In this document: positions 22,601-35,216 of the stretch, in pieces
How the letters are laid out: every line of letters begins with the position of its first letter
How positions within the stretch are numbered: the first letter of the stretch is position 1
From: Mobula hypostoma
Taxonomy: Eukaryota
Length of the DNA: 64,000 bases
Direction of reading: 5' to 3'
Assembly: GCF_963921235.1 (NCBI RefSeq)
Contig: NC_086100.1
Coordinates: 199,084,001 to 199,148,000, forward strand
Program-made: the position numbers and the translations under genes
Notes under the pieces: generated by a model
The model's database searches: none
What the model saw: only the letters and a program-made list of their open reading frames with translations
What the model was told of the DNA's origin: nothing

Positions 22601-25600
22601 TTGGGTGATAATTTTGGAATATTTGATTTCTTTAAAAATTCATGCATTATAGTGGAGTCATCAGGAAATTCTGATTGGTATAGGGAGGTATAAAATTCTT
22701 GAAAGGATTTATTTATCTCATCATGATCAACCGTCAGAATACCATCTTTTTTACGAATCTTAACAATCTAGCGTTTAACCAAAGCTGATTTCAATTGATT
22801 AGCCAATAGTTTCCCAGTTTTATCACCATATATATAGAACTGACTCCTAGTTTTAATTAATTGGCTTTCAATCGAAGATGATAGTAATAGACTATGTCCC
22901 ATTTGAAGTTCGACTCTCTCTTTGTAAAGCTCCTGATTAGGAGCAATAGAATATTTTTTGTCAATTTCTTTGATCTTGTCAGCCAGCTTAAGTATTTCAT
23001 TATTAGTTCGCTTTTTTAATCCAGCAGAATATGAAATAATTTGTCCACGAATATATGCTTTAAAAGTATCCCATAGTACTCCGCTGGAAATTCCCTCTGT
23101 AAAATTCATTGTAAAGAATAAATTAATCTGTTCCTCAATAAAATTAATGAAGTCCGAATCCTGAAGCAAAGAGGTATTAAATCGCCATTGCCTAGTACTA
23201 GATGATGTATCCATTGACTTAATAGATAGTCTGAACGGCGCATGATAGGAGACAGCAATGGAGTCATATTTGCAGTCAATAACAAGTGGAATTAATCGAG
23301 AGTCAATAAGAAAATAATCAATTCTTGAATAATGATGATATACATGTGAAAAAAATGAGAACTCTTTCTTGTTGGGGTGTAAGAACCTCCAAATTTCTGA
23401 AATTCCAGAGTCAACCATAAAAGAGTTAATAAAAGTAGCCGATTTGTTAGGAAGTACTTGATTGGACATAGATCTATCCATCAAAGGATTTAAACAACAG
23501 TTAAAATCTCCGCCCATAATCAACATATAATCATTTAAGTTAGGAAGGGATGTAAAGAGATTCTTAAAAAATTCAGGACAATCAACATTTGGGGCATAAA
23601 CATTAAGCACAACAACTTTTTTGTTAAATAACAAACCAGTAATGAACAAAAATCTACCATTTGGATCTGAAATAGTCTCATGATGCACAAATGAAATTGA
23701 CGGATCCATAAAAATAGGAACGCCTTTCACTTTGGCCTGTGAGGAGTTGGCGCTTCCAAAACCTAAAAAAATGCTGATTATCCTCTTTCCGGACTTGAGT
23801 TTCTTGTACGAAGATAATGTGAGCGTTCATCCTGTGGAATACTCTAAAAAATTTTCTTCTGTTTAATTGGGTGGTTTAGACCATTTGTATTCCAAGAAAC
23901 CAAACTAATGATCTTATCCATAGTACTGAAATCGAACATAAGGTATGTAAACAGAATACAAACTCATGACCCCAGAAGAGGAAAGAAGGTTCAAAGAAAA
24001 ACTGGAAGTCACGACATTTTGGACATTTTGGTAGTTTCAAGTCAGCCCGTTTAAGGAAACAATCTAAATTAAAAATAAGAACAAAAATACCCCCCCCACA
24101 AAAACCCAGAAAAAAGCCAGAAAGTAGCCAATGCTAAATCTACTGCTAAATCTAACCCTGTCTTTCCAGAAGGCAACCCAAAAGAAATAGGTTTATCGTA
24201 AAAAAGCACCACCCACGGTCAAAAAAGTAAAAAAAAAAGCAATTACTATAAATGTAAGGAAAAGTTTACAACAATTACAAACATAAAATAGTTCATTCTT
24301 ATTCATATTTCAAAAAAAAACCAAGCGCCAGTTCATATTATTAGTTTTTCGTATATAAATGATCGGAAATGAACCAAGAAGAAAAGAAAATTCTGAGAAG
24401 GAGAAGGAAGCGATCCACCATCTTAAGATGTAATACTTCTCCAATAACGTTTCAAAAAAAAGGAAAATCAAACATTAAACCTGTTACTAAATTACTTTCA
24501 AAAGCAAAAATATTAAAAGTGAAATATACAAAATCACTAACAATAAAAGAGTACTTTCACGTAAAAATATGAAAAATACCTACACTACAGAATCAAGGCA
24601 AGAACCCGCAAAATATAAAAAATCTAAATGTGTAAGCTAGATATTAGTTTTTTTTAACAAAAAGGAAACGAAAAACAGATTTAAAAAAAAAGGAAAACAG
24701 TGCGTTAATTAGTCCTTGGCAGAGGAAGACAAATTGTTGAGAAAACTTTGAGCTTTGCCTGGAGTTTTAAACAAACAACGAGAATTATCTGCCATAACAA
24801 CTCTCAAACAGGCTGGGAATAGCAACGCTAATTTGTAGCCTTTCGACAAAGTTCTGACATCTGTGGTTTAAAAGCCATCTGTTCTTTCAATACTTCCTGG
24901 CTGAAACCTTCAACGATACGAAATTTAAAACTTTGAAATTCGATCATGCCTTTCCGCCAAGCAGCTCCTATCACTTGTTCCTTAACATGAACGTAATGAA
25001 ACAGAACAATGACGGGTCTCGGTTTAAATTCTTTAGAAAGTTTAGGGCGTAAAGTACGATGTGTGCGGTCTAGCAATGGGGGTTCCTCCAAAATTTCTGG
25101 ACCAAACGCATCCAATAACAATTTGGAAAAGTATTTAGTAGGATCTCCCGTCTCAACATCTTCAGGAAGTCTGATTATCCGTAGATTCTGTCGGTGATAA
25201 CGATTTTCAAGATCGATAATCTTTGCTTTATAACGCTCCAACTGCTGAGTTGTCGAGGTTACATTTTTTCAAGAGATTCAATTTTTCGATCCCTTTTGCA
25301 ACCAGCTTCATCTAGATCCGAGATTCTAATTTGTTGTTGATCAACTTCGTGTCTAAACGATTTAACGTCATCTTGAATCGTCTTCAAAACTTCTTCAAAC
25401 ACAGCAAATCTTTGGTTAGGTGTATTCTCTAGGAATTTCGTAATTATTTCAACAGTTAATGGAGTCTCCTTCGATGCTTTTGGATCGCCATCTTTTTTCC
25501 AGTTCCCGCCGGAGTCCTTTCCGTTTTTAACTTCTCGTCCTCTGGTCAGCATCTTCAGTAAGTTAAAATCGAGGTTCAAAGATATATTTGTGGTATAAAC

Positions 25601-25710
25601 CCTTTAGTGTAGGTATAGATAAAGTAAATAAGGGTGGTTACAGGTAAAAGGAGTAAAGGGAATGGAGCGATGCCAAAGTGTACCTCGTGCCATGAGCGCC
25701 TCCTGGAAAG
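19656..25710 (-). mobile_element. Near full-length L1-clade LINE (ORF1 about 24700-25552, ORF2 about 20033-23920, both disrupted)
   Basis: ORF1 DLENRYHRQNLRI. APE motifs NVYAPN, GGDFN, YSRIDYF. RT motifs SLDAEKAFDRV, GTRQGCPLSPLLF, YADD. C-terminal CDRC..MFWSC. TSD cagcaaattt at 19646-55 and 25711-20. Confidence 0.92.
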
Positions 25711-26735
25711 CAGCAAATTTATACAAACGTTTGTAGATGGTATTTGAGCTATGCCTAGCCACACAGTTATGTGTATATAGAGAGTAGAGCAGTGGGCTAA
25801 GCACACACCCCTGAAATGCGCCAGTGTTAAGCATCAGTGAGGAGGAGATGTTAACACCAATCTGGCCAGGTTCTGTAACTCCTTAATCAGGATTGTGGGA
25901 ATGATGGTATTAAATGTTGAGCTATAGTCGATGAACAGCATCCTGACATAGGTGTTTGTGTTGTCCTGGAAGTCTAAATCCATGTGAAGAGCCATTGAGG
26001 TTGTGTCTGCCATTGACCTGTTGTGGCGATAGGCAATTTGCAATGGGTCCAGGTCCTTGCTGAGGCAGGAGTTCAGTTTGGTCATGACCATCAGTGTAGA
26101 TGTGAGTGCTACTGGGCGATAGTCATTAAGGCAGCTCACATTCTTCTTAGGCACTGGTATAATTGTTGCCTTTTTGAAGCAAGTGGGAACTTCCGCCCAT
26201 AGCAGTGAGAGGTTGAAAATGTCCTTGAATACTTCCGCCAGTTGGTTGGCACAGGTTTTCAAAGCCTTACCAGGTACTCCATCAGGACCTTCTGCCTTGC
26301 GAGGGTTCACTCTCTTTAAAGGCATCCTAACATCGGCCTCTGAGACAGCAATCACAGGGTCATCAGATGCAGCAGGGATCTGCACGGTTGCAGTTATATT
26401 CTCCCTTTCAAAGCGGGCATAGAAGGTGTTGCGTTCATCTGGTAGTGATGTATCGCTTCCAATCATGCTATTGGGTTTCGCTTTGTAGGAAGCAATGCTC
26501 TTGCTCTTTCCTCACTGCTGCCATCGGGTAGAAGGTATAAGAGCTTCAGGTTTTGCACCACCGGGTTCAAGAATAGTTACTACCTCTCAATCATCAGGCT
26601 TTTGAACAAAAGGAGATAGCTGCTCTCATTTAAGGACTCTGTTGTATTGTTATTTTATGCTCATTATTTATTGCTATTTATATCCGCATTTGCACAGTTT
26701 ACAGTTAAGTTCCTGATGTTTACAGTTACTGTTCT

Positions 26736-27158
26736 TTTAAGGCATCCGTTAGTCTTGTGAGACCACGGATCTGCGCCTGGAAAGTCTTCACTCTCCAGGG
26801 CGCAGGCCTGGGCAAGGTTGTATGGAAGACCGGCAGTTGCCCATGCTGCAAGTCTCCCCTCTCCACGACACCGATGTTTTCCAAGGGAAGGGCATTAGGA
26901 CTCATACAGCTTGGCAGGCCTGGGCAAGGTTGTATGGAAGACCGGCAGTTGCCCATACTGCAAGTCTCCCCTCTCCATGACACCGATGTTTTCCAGGGGA
27001 AGGGCATTAGGACCCATACAGCTTGACACCAGTGTCGTCTCAGAGCACTGTGTGATTAAGTGCCTTGCTCAAGGACACAACACACTGCCTTGGCTGGGGA
27101 TCGAACTCACGACCTTCAGATCGCTAGTCGAACGCCTTAACCACTTAGCCACGTGCCC
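26736..27158 (-). mobile_element. tRNA-derived SINE with RTE-type tail and internal 112-bp tandem duplication
   Basis: A box TGGCTAAGTGG and B box GAGTTCGATCC on the minus strand. 14-bp TSD acagttactgttct (26722-35, 27159-72). Confidence 0.88.
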
Positions 27159-28410
27159 ACAGTTACTGTTCTATAGATTTACTCAGTATGCCTGCAGAAA
27201 AAGAATGTGTTGTATGTGGTACTGTGTATGTACTCTGATAATGCATTTTACTTTGAACGCTGTAATGTTCTATGTTCTAAACTTGCTGCCCTTTAGTTGC
27301 CCTCTCACTGACAGGTAGACAATTCATTCTTTACTTTGTCAGGAGCTGTGAGCCTCTGTCAGCTCCAGTGCAATACAACTGACTGTGGTGATCAGCAGGC
27401 AGGGTAGGGGTAGAATTATCAGCTGGACTGCAGATTCCAGGTGGCATATTTTGACAGGAGGAATAAGGCAGTCATTTACTGTGCATAATGAGAGAGAACT
27501 GGAGGTGTAGATACACAGATCATCAAAATAGTGACATCAGTAAATGCTGTTAATGGAAGCATAGGCCAAAGTTTGAAAAGCAGAAGTTTTATTAAACTTT
27601 AGTAGAACCATGTTCAGTCCATATAAGGAAGTCTGCTCTCTATGTTATAAAATTAGATGTGGAGCCACTAGAGTTGGTGCAAAAAGTCCAATGAGTCTAG
27701 AAGTGATTAACCAGTCAGCAAAACGGAACAAGAAGCAAACTGCTGGAGGAACTCCATAGGTCAGGCAGCGTCTACGGAGAGAAATGTTCAGCCAATATTT
27801 CAGGTCAAAACCCTTCATCTGAACTGAAAGATGGAGGGGAGATGGTCAGTCTAAGGAGGTGAGGGAAGGGGTGGACAAGAGCTGGATCCAGGTGAGGATG
27901 GATGGTAGATGGAGAGGGAAGAGTGCGAATAGTAATCAAGTCTGGAAGGTGATGGGTAAATCCACTTCAGGGCGAATGATGGATGAGAGGCGAGTGCAAG
28001 TAGTGATAGACAGGGAGATAGGTGGGGTTTGAAGATGTGCTAGGGGCAGCCTGCATGTATCACATTGCTTCCACTGCCAATATAGAATACCCACAACTTA
28101 CTAACACTAACTGGTATGTCTTTGAGATGTGGAGGAAATTGGAGCACCCAGAGGAAACCTACCCATTTTACAGAGGGGACACCATTCTTAGACAGTGGCA
28201 GGAATTGAGCCCCAATTGCTGGCACTGTGAAGTGTTACACTAACCTCAATGCTACCGCACCACCCCTGTTGAGCTTTGCTGCAACATTAGTCTCAGTAAC
28301 TTCTCTCTTGTTTTCCTGTAGCATACAGACAGGAGCTTTTGCTTGAATGCACAGCACTTTACACTGTCTGTGTGGCGATAGTCACCACTTTCTGTTCCAT
28401 TGTATTGCAG

Positions 28411-30226
28411 GCCTGCTCCTGATCTGTCTGGAGTATCACATGAGGGATGTCCAGGAGCATTCCGGGCCAACAACTTGTTACAGCCGCTTGTTTCAGCGGT
28501 ATCTTCAGGCCACGTGAAGGGTAGCCCTTCTCCTTCTTGTGAAGAGCAGACAGCCCGGCATGGCAGCGATGCCTGGATCCTGTCCCAGTGCCCACTCAAG
28601 TCCCCCACCCCTGGTTCAGAGGCTACAGAGGATGAGGACGTGTCTCACACAGATAGCTACATCCAGGACCAGCGCTTCATGGAGCTTCCGTCCCTCCCTT
28701 TGGGGCGCGAGTCGTATCGCGTTCCCTTTCTTGACTGCGGGCCGTTGCTGGCGCAGGAGGTGCCCACACATCCATTATCAGAGCAGCTGGATCTGCTCGG
28801 TCACTCTGGGATGCAAGCTTCAGGGGTTCATTCCAATCAGAACAGTGGCCCGCCGAGGCTAGGGGCAATTACCCGTGGCTCCATGGCCCCTGGGGTGGAT
28901 GGATGGAGGGACACCGACCAGCAGTGTTCCAATGCAGAGGATGGGCAGGCCTCACTGCAGCCTCTGCAGAATCAGAGGGATCCGGAGATCTCTTACCAGC
29001 ATCAGCCGGGAGGCGAGGCTGCTCAACCATCTTGTCCTAATGGAAGCCATGAACCGTCCTCTGCTGGGGGACCAGATGCGTCAGGCAGCGGCGGTACCAC
29101 GGGAACCAGGCTAGTAACTTCCATCACGAATTCCCACACTCCCAACAATGACAAGGTTGATACTGCTATCAAGGTTTTGCCCAACAGAGGCAGCAAGGAG
29201 CAGGAGAGCCAGTTGTCTCCTGTGGTCTGCCTACTGAGCTGCACCAATTCGTTTCTTACCCCTACCATGGCAGCCCCCCTCTGTCAGTCCACACCAACCA
29301 GCTACCCCTCGGGCCAGGGCAGGCAAGCAGTGGGTCACCAGCCTGAATCTGCTGGCCCCCTTGGTTTCCTGTCGGCACCATCCTGTGAGGAGCTGAAGTC
29401 TCACTGCGCCAGCCGGGAGCCTGTGCCTCCTGGCACTTGGCAGTCTTCCCCAGCTGCCACACTGTCCCTGCCTCCCCTGGGCTACTTGGAGAAGGCAAGA
29501 GCCTCAAACCCAGGGATGCCTCTTAGCTTCGATAGCTTGGTGCTCCGTGGCCTGAGGGGGGTGTCTCCCCGTCAGCGAGCTTACAGTGCCATTGCCGACT
29601 CCCTCAATCACGTGCTGGCCCGGAGCAGTGGGGGACAGGACCTGGGACGCTCGCCCAAGAGGAACATCGCAGTGGCCTTTGGAGCTGGGCCGGGATCCGT
29701 CCAGACTGCTGGTGGGACCGGTGGCTGCTCGCACGCAGGCATCAGGAGCGACAGCCCAGACCGCACCTCATTCTGCAAACCTGACCCCTCTCCTTGCCCC
29801 CCAAAGGATGTTGGAAACTGCAGCGTTGACTCATTGGGGTCAGACAGTGCCAACAGTGAGGGTCTTCAGCCCGGCCACAGTGCAGCTGACCTCTTGCAAC
29901 AGGAGGTCCTTCCAGAGCCCAGCTCCAGCAAAGGGCAGGAGGAGGACAGCCTGGAGCAGAACTCCGGTCTACCTGAGCACCGGATACTCTCTCCCTTCCC
30001 AGAACCACTGATCGCCGCTCACACCCACCAATTCAAGACGACTTTCACAGAAGATGGCATGAATCCTCAGGCTAGCTCCCTGGACACCAGCCAAGCTGGC
30101 GAGCGCACACTGACCACGTCCGGCCATTCATTGACCAGCCTGGAAGTGGACAACTACGTTCCCATGTGGGCGCCATCATCATTGACTACCGAAATCAACC
30201 ACTTCAACATCGATGACCGAATTCCG
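28411..30226 (+). CDS. alms1: ALMS1 exon 5 (large low-complexity exon, ends SLEVDNYVPMW...FNIDDRIP)
   Basis: ttgcag| acceptor in phase 2 and CCG|gtaggt donor in phase 0, inside the 668-aa ORF. LSQCPL resembles human VSQHPL. Confidence 0.88.
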
Positions 30227-31939
30227 GTAGGTCTTGGTTTCAGAGCAGTCTTGGACTCCTTGCTGTCCTGGGCTGGAATGTCCCATGTGCACAGTGTAAA
30301 TCTACTCCATCTCTCTGTCCCTTTGTCTCGCTCTCCCTCTCTATCACATTCTGTCAAATACCCAGATCACTTGTTTTACATTTATTTATTCAGCGTTACA
30401 GCATGATAACCGATTCTCCTCGTCCAATGAGCCTGAGTTGCCCAATTACATCCATGTGACCAATTAACCTACTAGTCCGTACTAAACTGAAGCACTCAGA
30501 GGAAAATCACGTGGTTGTGGGGAAACGTACGAACTCCTTACAGGCAGCCACAGGAATTGATCCTGGGTTTCTGGTGCTGTAATAGCATTACGCTAACTGC
30601 TGGTGTTCTGTGCTACTCCATGTCCCAATTGTTCTCCCTGTGACAGTAAGTTTATTTTATTTCTAATTTAGTGATGCAGCGCAGGATAGCCCCTCCTGAC
30701 CCTTTGAGCCACGCAGCCCAGCAACCCCCTGACAAACCTCACTTAACTTTAACCAAATCATGGGACAATTTCCAATGACCAGTTAACTGTACAGAGACCC
30801 TTTACAGAGGACGTTGGGATCGAACTCTCAACTCTGATGCCCCCGAGGTGTAAGAGTATCGTGCTAACTGCTACGCTACCATTAGTAGCAGATTTTATGG
30901 AGAAGCACAAATCATGAGGATCCGTTGATTAATTATTCAGTTTTCTGATCTGTGGTCTGGTACTAAGACCAGTACATATTGCCCATCCATTGCCAGCTGA
31001 CATGCTGATGAGTTGGTGCCTTGAACCATGGTTCTTGTGAAGGTGCCCCCACAGTACTCATGGACATTGAGCTCTTGTTGGTAGAATGTACTAATGGAGT
31101 GTGCCGGTTACAGAGAAATTGGAATTGGTCTATTATTGTCACATGTACCAAGATGCAGTGAAATACTTGTTTTGCATACTGTTCATACAAACAAATCATT
31201 ACACAGTGCATTGTGGTAGAACAAGGGAAAGATTCAGATTTACCTCTTGTACAGCACAACATACAGTGAAATTCTGCATTGTTAACGAGCAGTACAGCCA
31301 AGGATGTGGTGAGAGCAGCCCGCGTGCATCCAGAGCCCACGTAGCATGCCCACTTTGCTCAACACAACACACAACACAGAACTACGTGACAGAAACAACA
31401 ACCACAGCAGCAGCAAAACAAGCCCCTTTCCCACTCACTTGCACACAGAGACAGGCCCCCAACCCCAGAACAAAACAGTAACAATGCAGAATAAAGTGTT
31501 ACAGTTACAGAGAAAGAGCAGTGCAGGCAGACAGTAAGATGCAAGGCTATACTGAGGTAGTTTGTGAGGCCAAGATTCCATCTTGCGTACTTGGAAGCCG
31601 TTCAGGAGTTGAATAACGGTGGGATAGAAGCTGCCCTTGAGCTTGGTGATTTGTTCTTTCAGGCATTTGTATCTTCTGCCCGATGGGCACCCTGTGCAAG
31701 CTTCCGTGTGGAGAGGCGTGTCTAGGCCTTGCTGGCCGGTTCCCTCTGGGACTGTAGGTCAGGTTGGTAGATTAGCTCCTGGTGGTTGGACGATCGTCAG
31801 ACCTGGAAGAAGATTTAAAAAAGAACATTATTAAAAATTCTTAGAAACATAGAATTTAAAAGAATGGATACTAATCAAGAGGGCTGCTTTGTTTTGCACA
31901 ATACTGAACTTCTCATCTTTAGAGGCATCTGGACTAGGT

Positions 31940-32210
31940 ACTCAGCAGGTCAGCCAACATCTATGGAGATGAATAATTAGCTGATGTTTCGGGCAGAGAC
32001 CCTTCATCAGGACTGGAAAGCAAGGGGGGGCGGGGTGAAGCCAAAATAAGGTGGGGGAGGGGAAGCAGTACAATCTGGTGAGTCCAGGAGAGGGGGAAGG
32101 TGGGTGGGTGGGGGAGGTAGGATGAAATAAGAAGCTGGGAGGTGATAGGTAAAAGAACTAAAGGGCTAAAGAAGGAGGAATCTGATGGGAGAGGAGAGTA
32201 GACCATGGGA
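31940..32210 (-). mobile_element. Penelope-tail remnant with decayed hammerhead
   Basis: Reverse complement ccagtcCTGATGAagggtctctgcccGAAAcatcagc at about 31980-32016. Confidence 0.75.
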
Positions 32211-32909
32211 TAACAACTGTTTGAATGATCAGGGCATAGAGGGATGCAGAATTACTGCAGATCCGTTGACACAAAGGTCAACATAGTTGTAATGGGCCTG
32301 TTTCTGCAATATATATCTCTACGATACAGGTGTAACAGCTGAACAGCTTTCTCCTGTGTGAGATATTCCTCCTGTTGGGAGAGGGTACTCAGTGTTCCCA
32401 GGTTCGGTTCTGAAGGTGGGTCAGGTTTCAGCAAGGAGTGGGATTCAATAGCTCTGGCCTTTGGAAAGGAAGAGTTCTTCAGAATTTTGTGTTATGTGTC
32501 ACTCAAGATTTCCAGCATCTCTAGAACCTCTTGTGGTTCTAATTCCCAGTCCTAAACCTGGACCCCCATTACTTGAGGTCCAACCTCATTGACCATGGGG
32601 CTTGAGCATAGGCAGTGAGGAGCAAAGGGGCAGAGAAACCGGCGGTGCTGCTGAGTGAAAACATTGTTGTGTTCTGATCTGGATCAGTGTGTGACCAGCG
32701 CCTATGGGCTGTACTGGGCAAAATCCAATGGAAATGTCTGGCTAGTTTATCATCAAAGATCAACTTTAATCACCATATATATTTACATGTATTAGGAAAT
32801 GGCTGAGGTGTGTTGGCACAGCATGCAACAACAAAATATAACATTCAACAATTATAAAGAATAAAGTTGGAGTTCAAGTATGAATATGGAATAAAATACA
32901 TATTTTGTA

Positions 32910-33385
32910 TTTTATCGATGAGAAGATCATCGGGGTCTCTCTTCCTGCCATCACAGACATTTACACCACACACTGCATCTGCAAAGCAAACAGCATTACA
33001 AAGGACCCCACGCACCCCTCATATAAACTCTTTTCCCTCCTGCTATTTGGAAAAAGGCACCGAAGCATTCGGGCTCTCACGACCAGACTATGTAACAGTT
33101 TCTTTCCCCAAGCCATCAGACTCCTCAATACCCAGAGCCTGGCTTGACACCAACCTACTATACCCTCTACTGTGTCTACTGTCCTGTTTATTATTTATTA
33201 TTATTTATTGTAGTGCCTGCACTGTTTTGCGCACTTTATGCAGTCCTGGATAGGTCTGTAGTCAAATGTAGTTTTTGTATTGCTTCATGTAGCACCATGG
33301 TCCTGGAAAATGTCTCATTCTTACTATGTTCTGTACCAGCAGTTATGGTTGAAATGACAATAAAAAGTGACTTGACTTGACTTGG
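32910..33385 (+). mobile_element. Rex1/Babar-like LINE 3' end with (GACTT)n tail
   Basis: Encodes ITKDPTHPSYKLFSLL...TTRLCNSFFPQAIRLLN, followed by aataaaaagtgacttgacttgactt. Confidence 0.8.
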
Positions 33386-33986
33386 TAAATAACAGCATGT
33401 ATTTATAATGTAAATAGCATTATTAAACAGTTGTTTGAAGTATCTATAGTGCACAGCGACAAACTAACTAGAATGGTTCATCTGATTAATTCCTGGGGTG
33501 GGAAGATAGCATAAACACATACAGTACCTGATGCTTTGCAGGAAAGTGGTATCCATCATCAGGGACCCCCACCACCCATTACATGCTTTCTTCACAGGAA
33601 GAAGATGTAGGAGCCTCAGGACTCGCACCACCAGTTTCAGGAGCAATTACTACCCCTCAACCATCAGGCTCTTGAACAGAAAGGGATAACTTCACTTGCT
33701 TCATCATTGAAATATTCCCACAGCCAACGGACTCACTTTCCAGGACTCTTCATCTCATGTTCTCAAAATTTATTGTTTATTTATTATTATTCTTCATTTG
33801 TATTTGCACAGTCTGTTGTCTTCAGCACTCAGTTGAGCAGCCTAATTGGGCAGTCTTTCATTGATTCTATTATGGTTATTATTCTATAGATTTGTTGAGT
33901 ATGCCCACAAGAAAATGAATCTCATGGTTGTATATGGTGACTTACATTTACTTTGAGTTTTCTAATTGGTCTGTTACTTCCCTTAG

Positions 33987-34128
33987 GTTTACCTCCGGAA
34001 TCTGGGAATTGACCAGTCTCCCACCAGCATACTGGGATCTAGAGGGCTTTTGAAGGAGGTTGAATTCAGTGCCTCTGAACAGAAAGTTCTGCAAGAACCA
34101 GGGTTGGAAAGATTTTCGGTTTCAGAAG
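33987..34128 (+). CDS. alms1: ALMS1 exon 6 (VYLRNLGIDQSPTSILG...EVEFS...SE)
   Basis: cccttag| acceptor and G|gtaaat donor, phase 0-1. Completes the RIPVYLRNLGIDQSP motif recalled from non-mammalian ALMS1. Confidence 0.88.
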
Positions 34129-34322
34129 GTAAATACCTTATAAAACAGTTACTGTACTTGCACAGAGGTATGCAGTGGGGGCATCTGCACTGGGATGGTA
34201 GAGTGGGCTCAGACTGGGCCGGTTCAGCATGTCTTTGACAAACCTCTGTAGATGCACAGTGGAAAGTATCCTGATTGATTCAGTCAAGTCAAGTGAAGTT
34301 TATTGTCATTTAACTACATATA

Positions 34323-34676
34323 CGAGGGGTGATTGATAAGTTCGTGCCCTCGGGTAGAAGGAGTGAATTTTAGAAAACCTAGCACATTTATTTTTCAACA
34401 TAGTTCCCTCCTACATTTACCACTTGGTCCAGCGGTCGTGGAGCAACGGATCTTGGACCTCCAGAAAGTGTCCACAGCAGGGTGATTGATAAGTTCGTGG
34501 TCTAAAGTAGAAGGAGATGAGTTATACAGCTCTTGTTACATGCACGTGCAGGTCAATGCTTTCAGTGATTATGCAGAAAGATTGAAGCTAATAACTCATC
34601 ACCTTCTACCTTAGGCCACAAACTTATCAATCACCCGTGATTAGTTATTAACCTCAAACTTTCTGCATAATCACTG
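34323..34676. mobile_element. Mariner-like MITE with a rearranged right end
   Basis: TA + cgaggggtgattgataagttcgtg TIR. Same family as 45493-45810. Confidence 0.75.
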
Positions 34677-35216
34677 CAAATCATTGATTTGTATAACCAT
34701 ATAATGTATATAGAAGCGAGACTAAGTTTCTCGGAACTAGGGTCTAAAGCACGGTAGCACACATAACACACAATAACTTATGAAGGTAAGGATAAAATCA
34801 ACAGATGAATTTCACATAAATAACAAACTAAGGTGCATTAATATTAAATATTTTAAGGTATGGAACAGATTAACCAGTGACACTTCAAATACGAAGTGGC
34901 AGGGAGTTCAGAAGTCTAATGGCCTGGGGGAAGAAAATGTTTCTCATCTTGACCATTCTTGTTTTTATGCATCATAGTCTCCTGATTGCATCTCAGCCTG
35001 GTATGGAAACACCAATGCTTCCCCCCACCATCCAGGCCTGTCATCAGGAAGGAGCCTTGGGTCCCACACCAACAGGTTCAGGAACAGTTATCCTACAACT
35101 TTTAGTTCCTGAACCAGAGTGAATAACTTCACTCCCCACAGCACTGATCTGATTCCGCAACCAATGGATTCACTTTCAACAGTTCTACAACGCATCATCT
35201 CAGTATTATCTATCTA

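Larger units (their letters stand above)
17546..26495 (-). mobile_element. Rex1/Babar-like LINE, split by hAT and L1 insertions
   Basis: (TTCTGA)n tail at about 17546-17565. RT pieces KKATIIPVPKK..LNDYRPVALTS (25834-26466), QGCVLSPLLYSLYT (about 25770-25830) and LALNISKTKELIVDFRK (about 18270-18320). Confidence 0.85.
16845..27260 (+). mobile_element. Rex1/Babar-like LINE, split: about 16845-17545 and about 26495-27260
   Basis: Encodes YKFADTT...LSLNVIKTKELIVDFR...IIKDPHHPG, then resumes as tcactgctgccatcgggtagaagg (SLLPSGRR) after 26500. Confidence 0.75.

Noticed and set aside
27085..27158. tRNA gene
   Set aside because: It is the tRNA-derived head of a TSD-flanked SINE, with no proper acceptor stem or terminator.
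28400..30406. 668-aa ORF as a stand-alone gene (likewise ORFs at 38244, 49633 and 55878)
   Set aside because: Each is bounded by phase-compatible splice sites and is an ALMS1 exon with intronic read-through.
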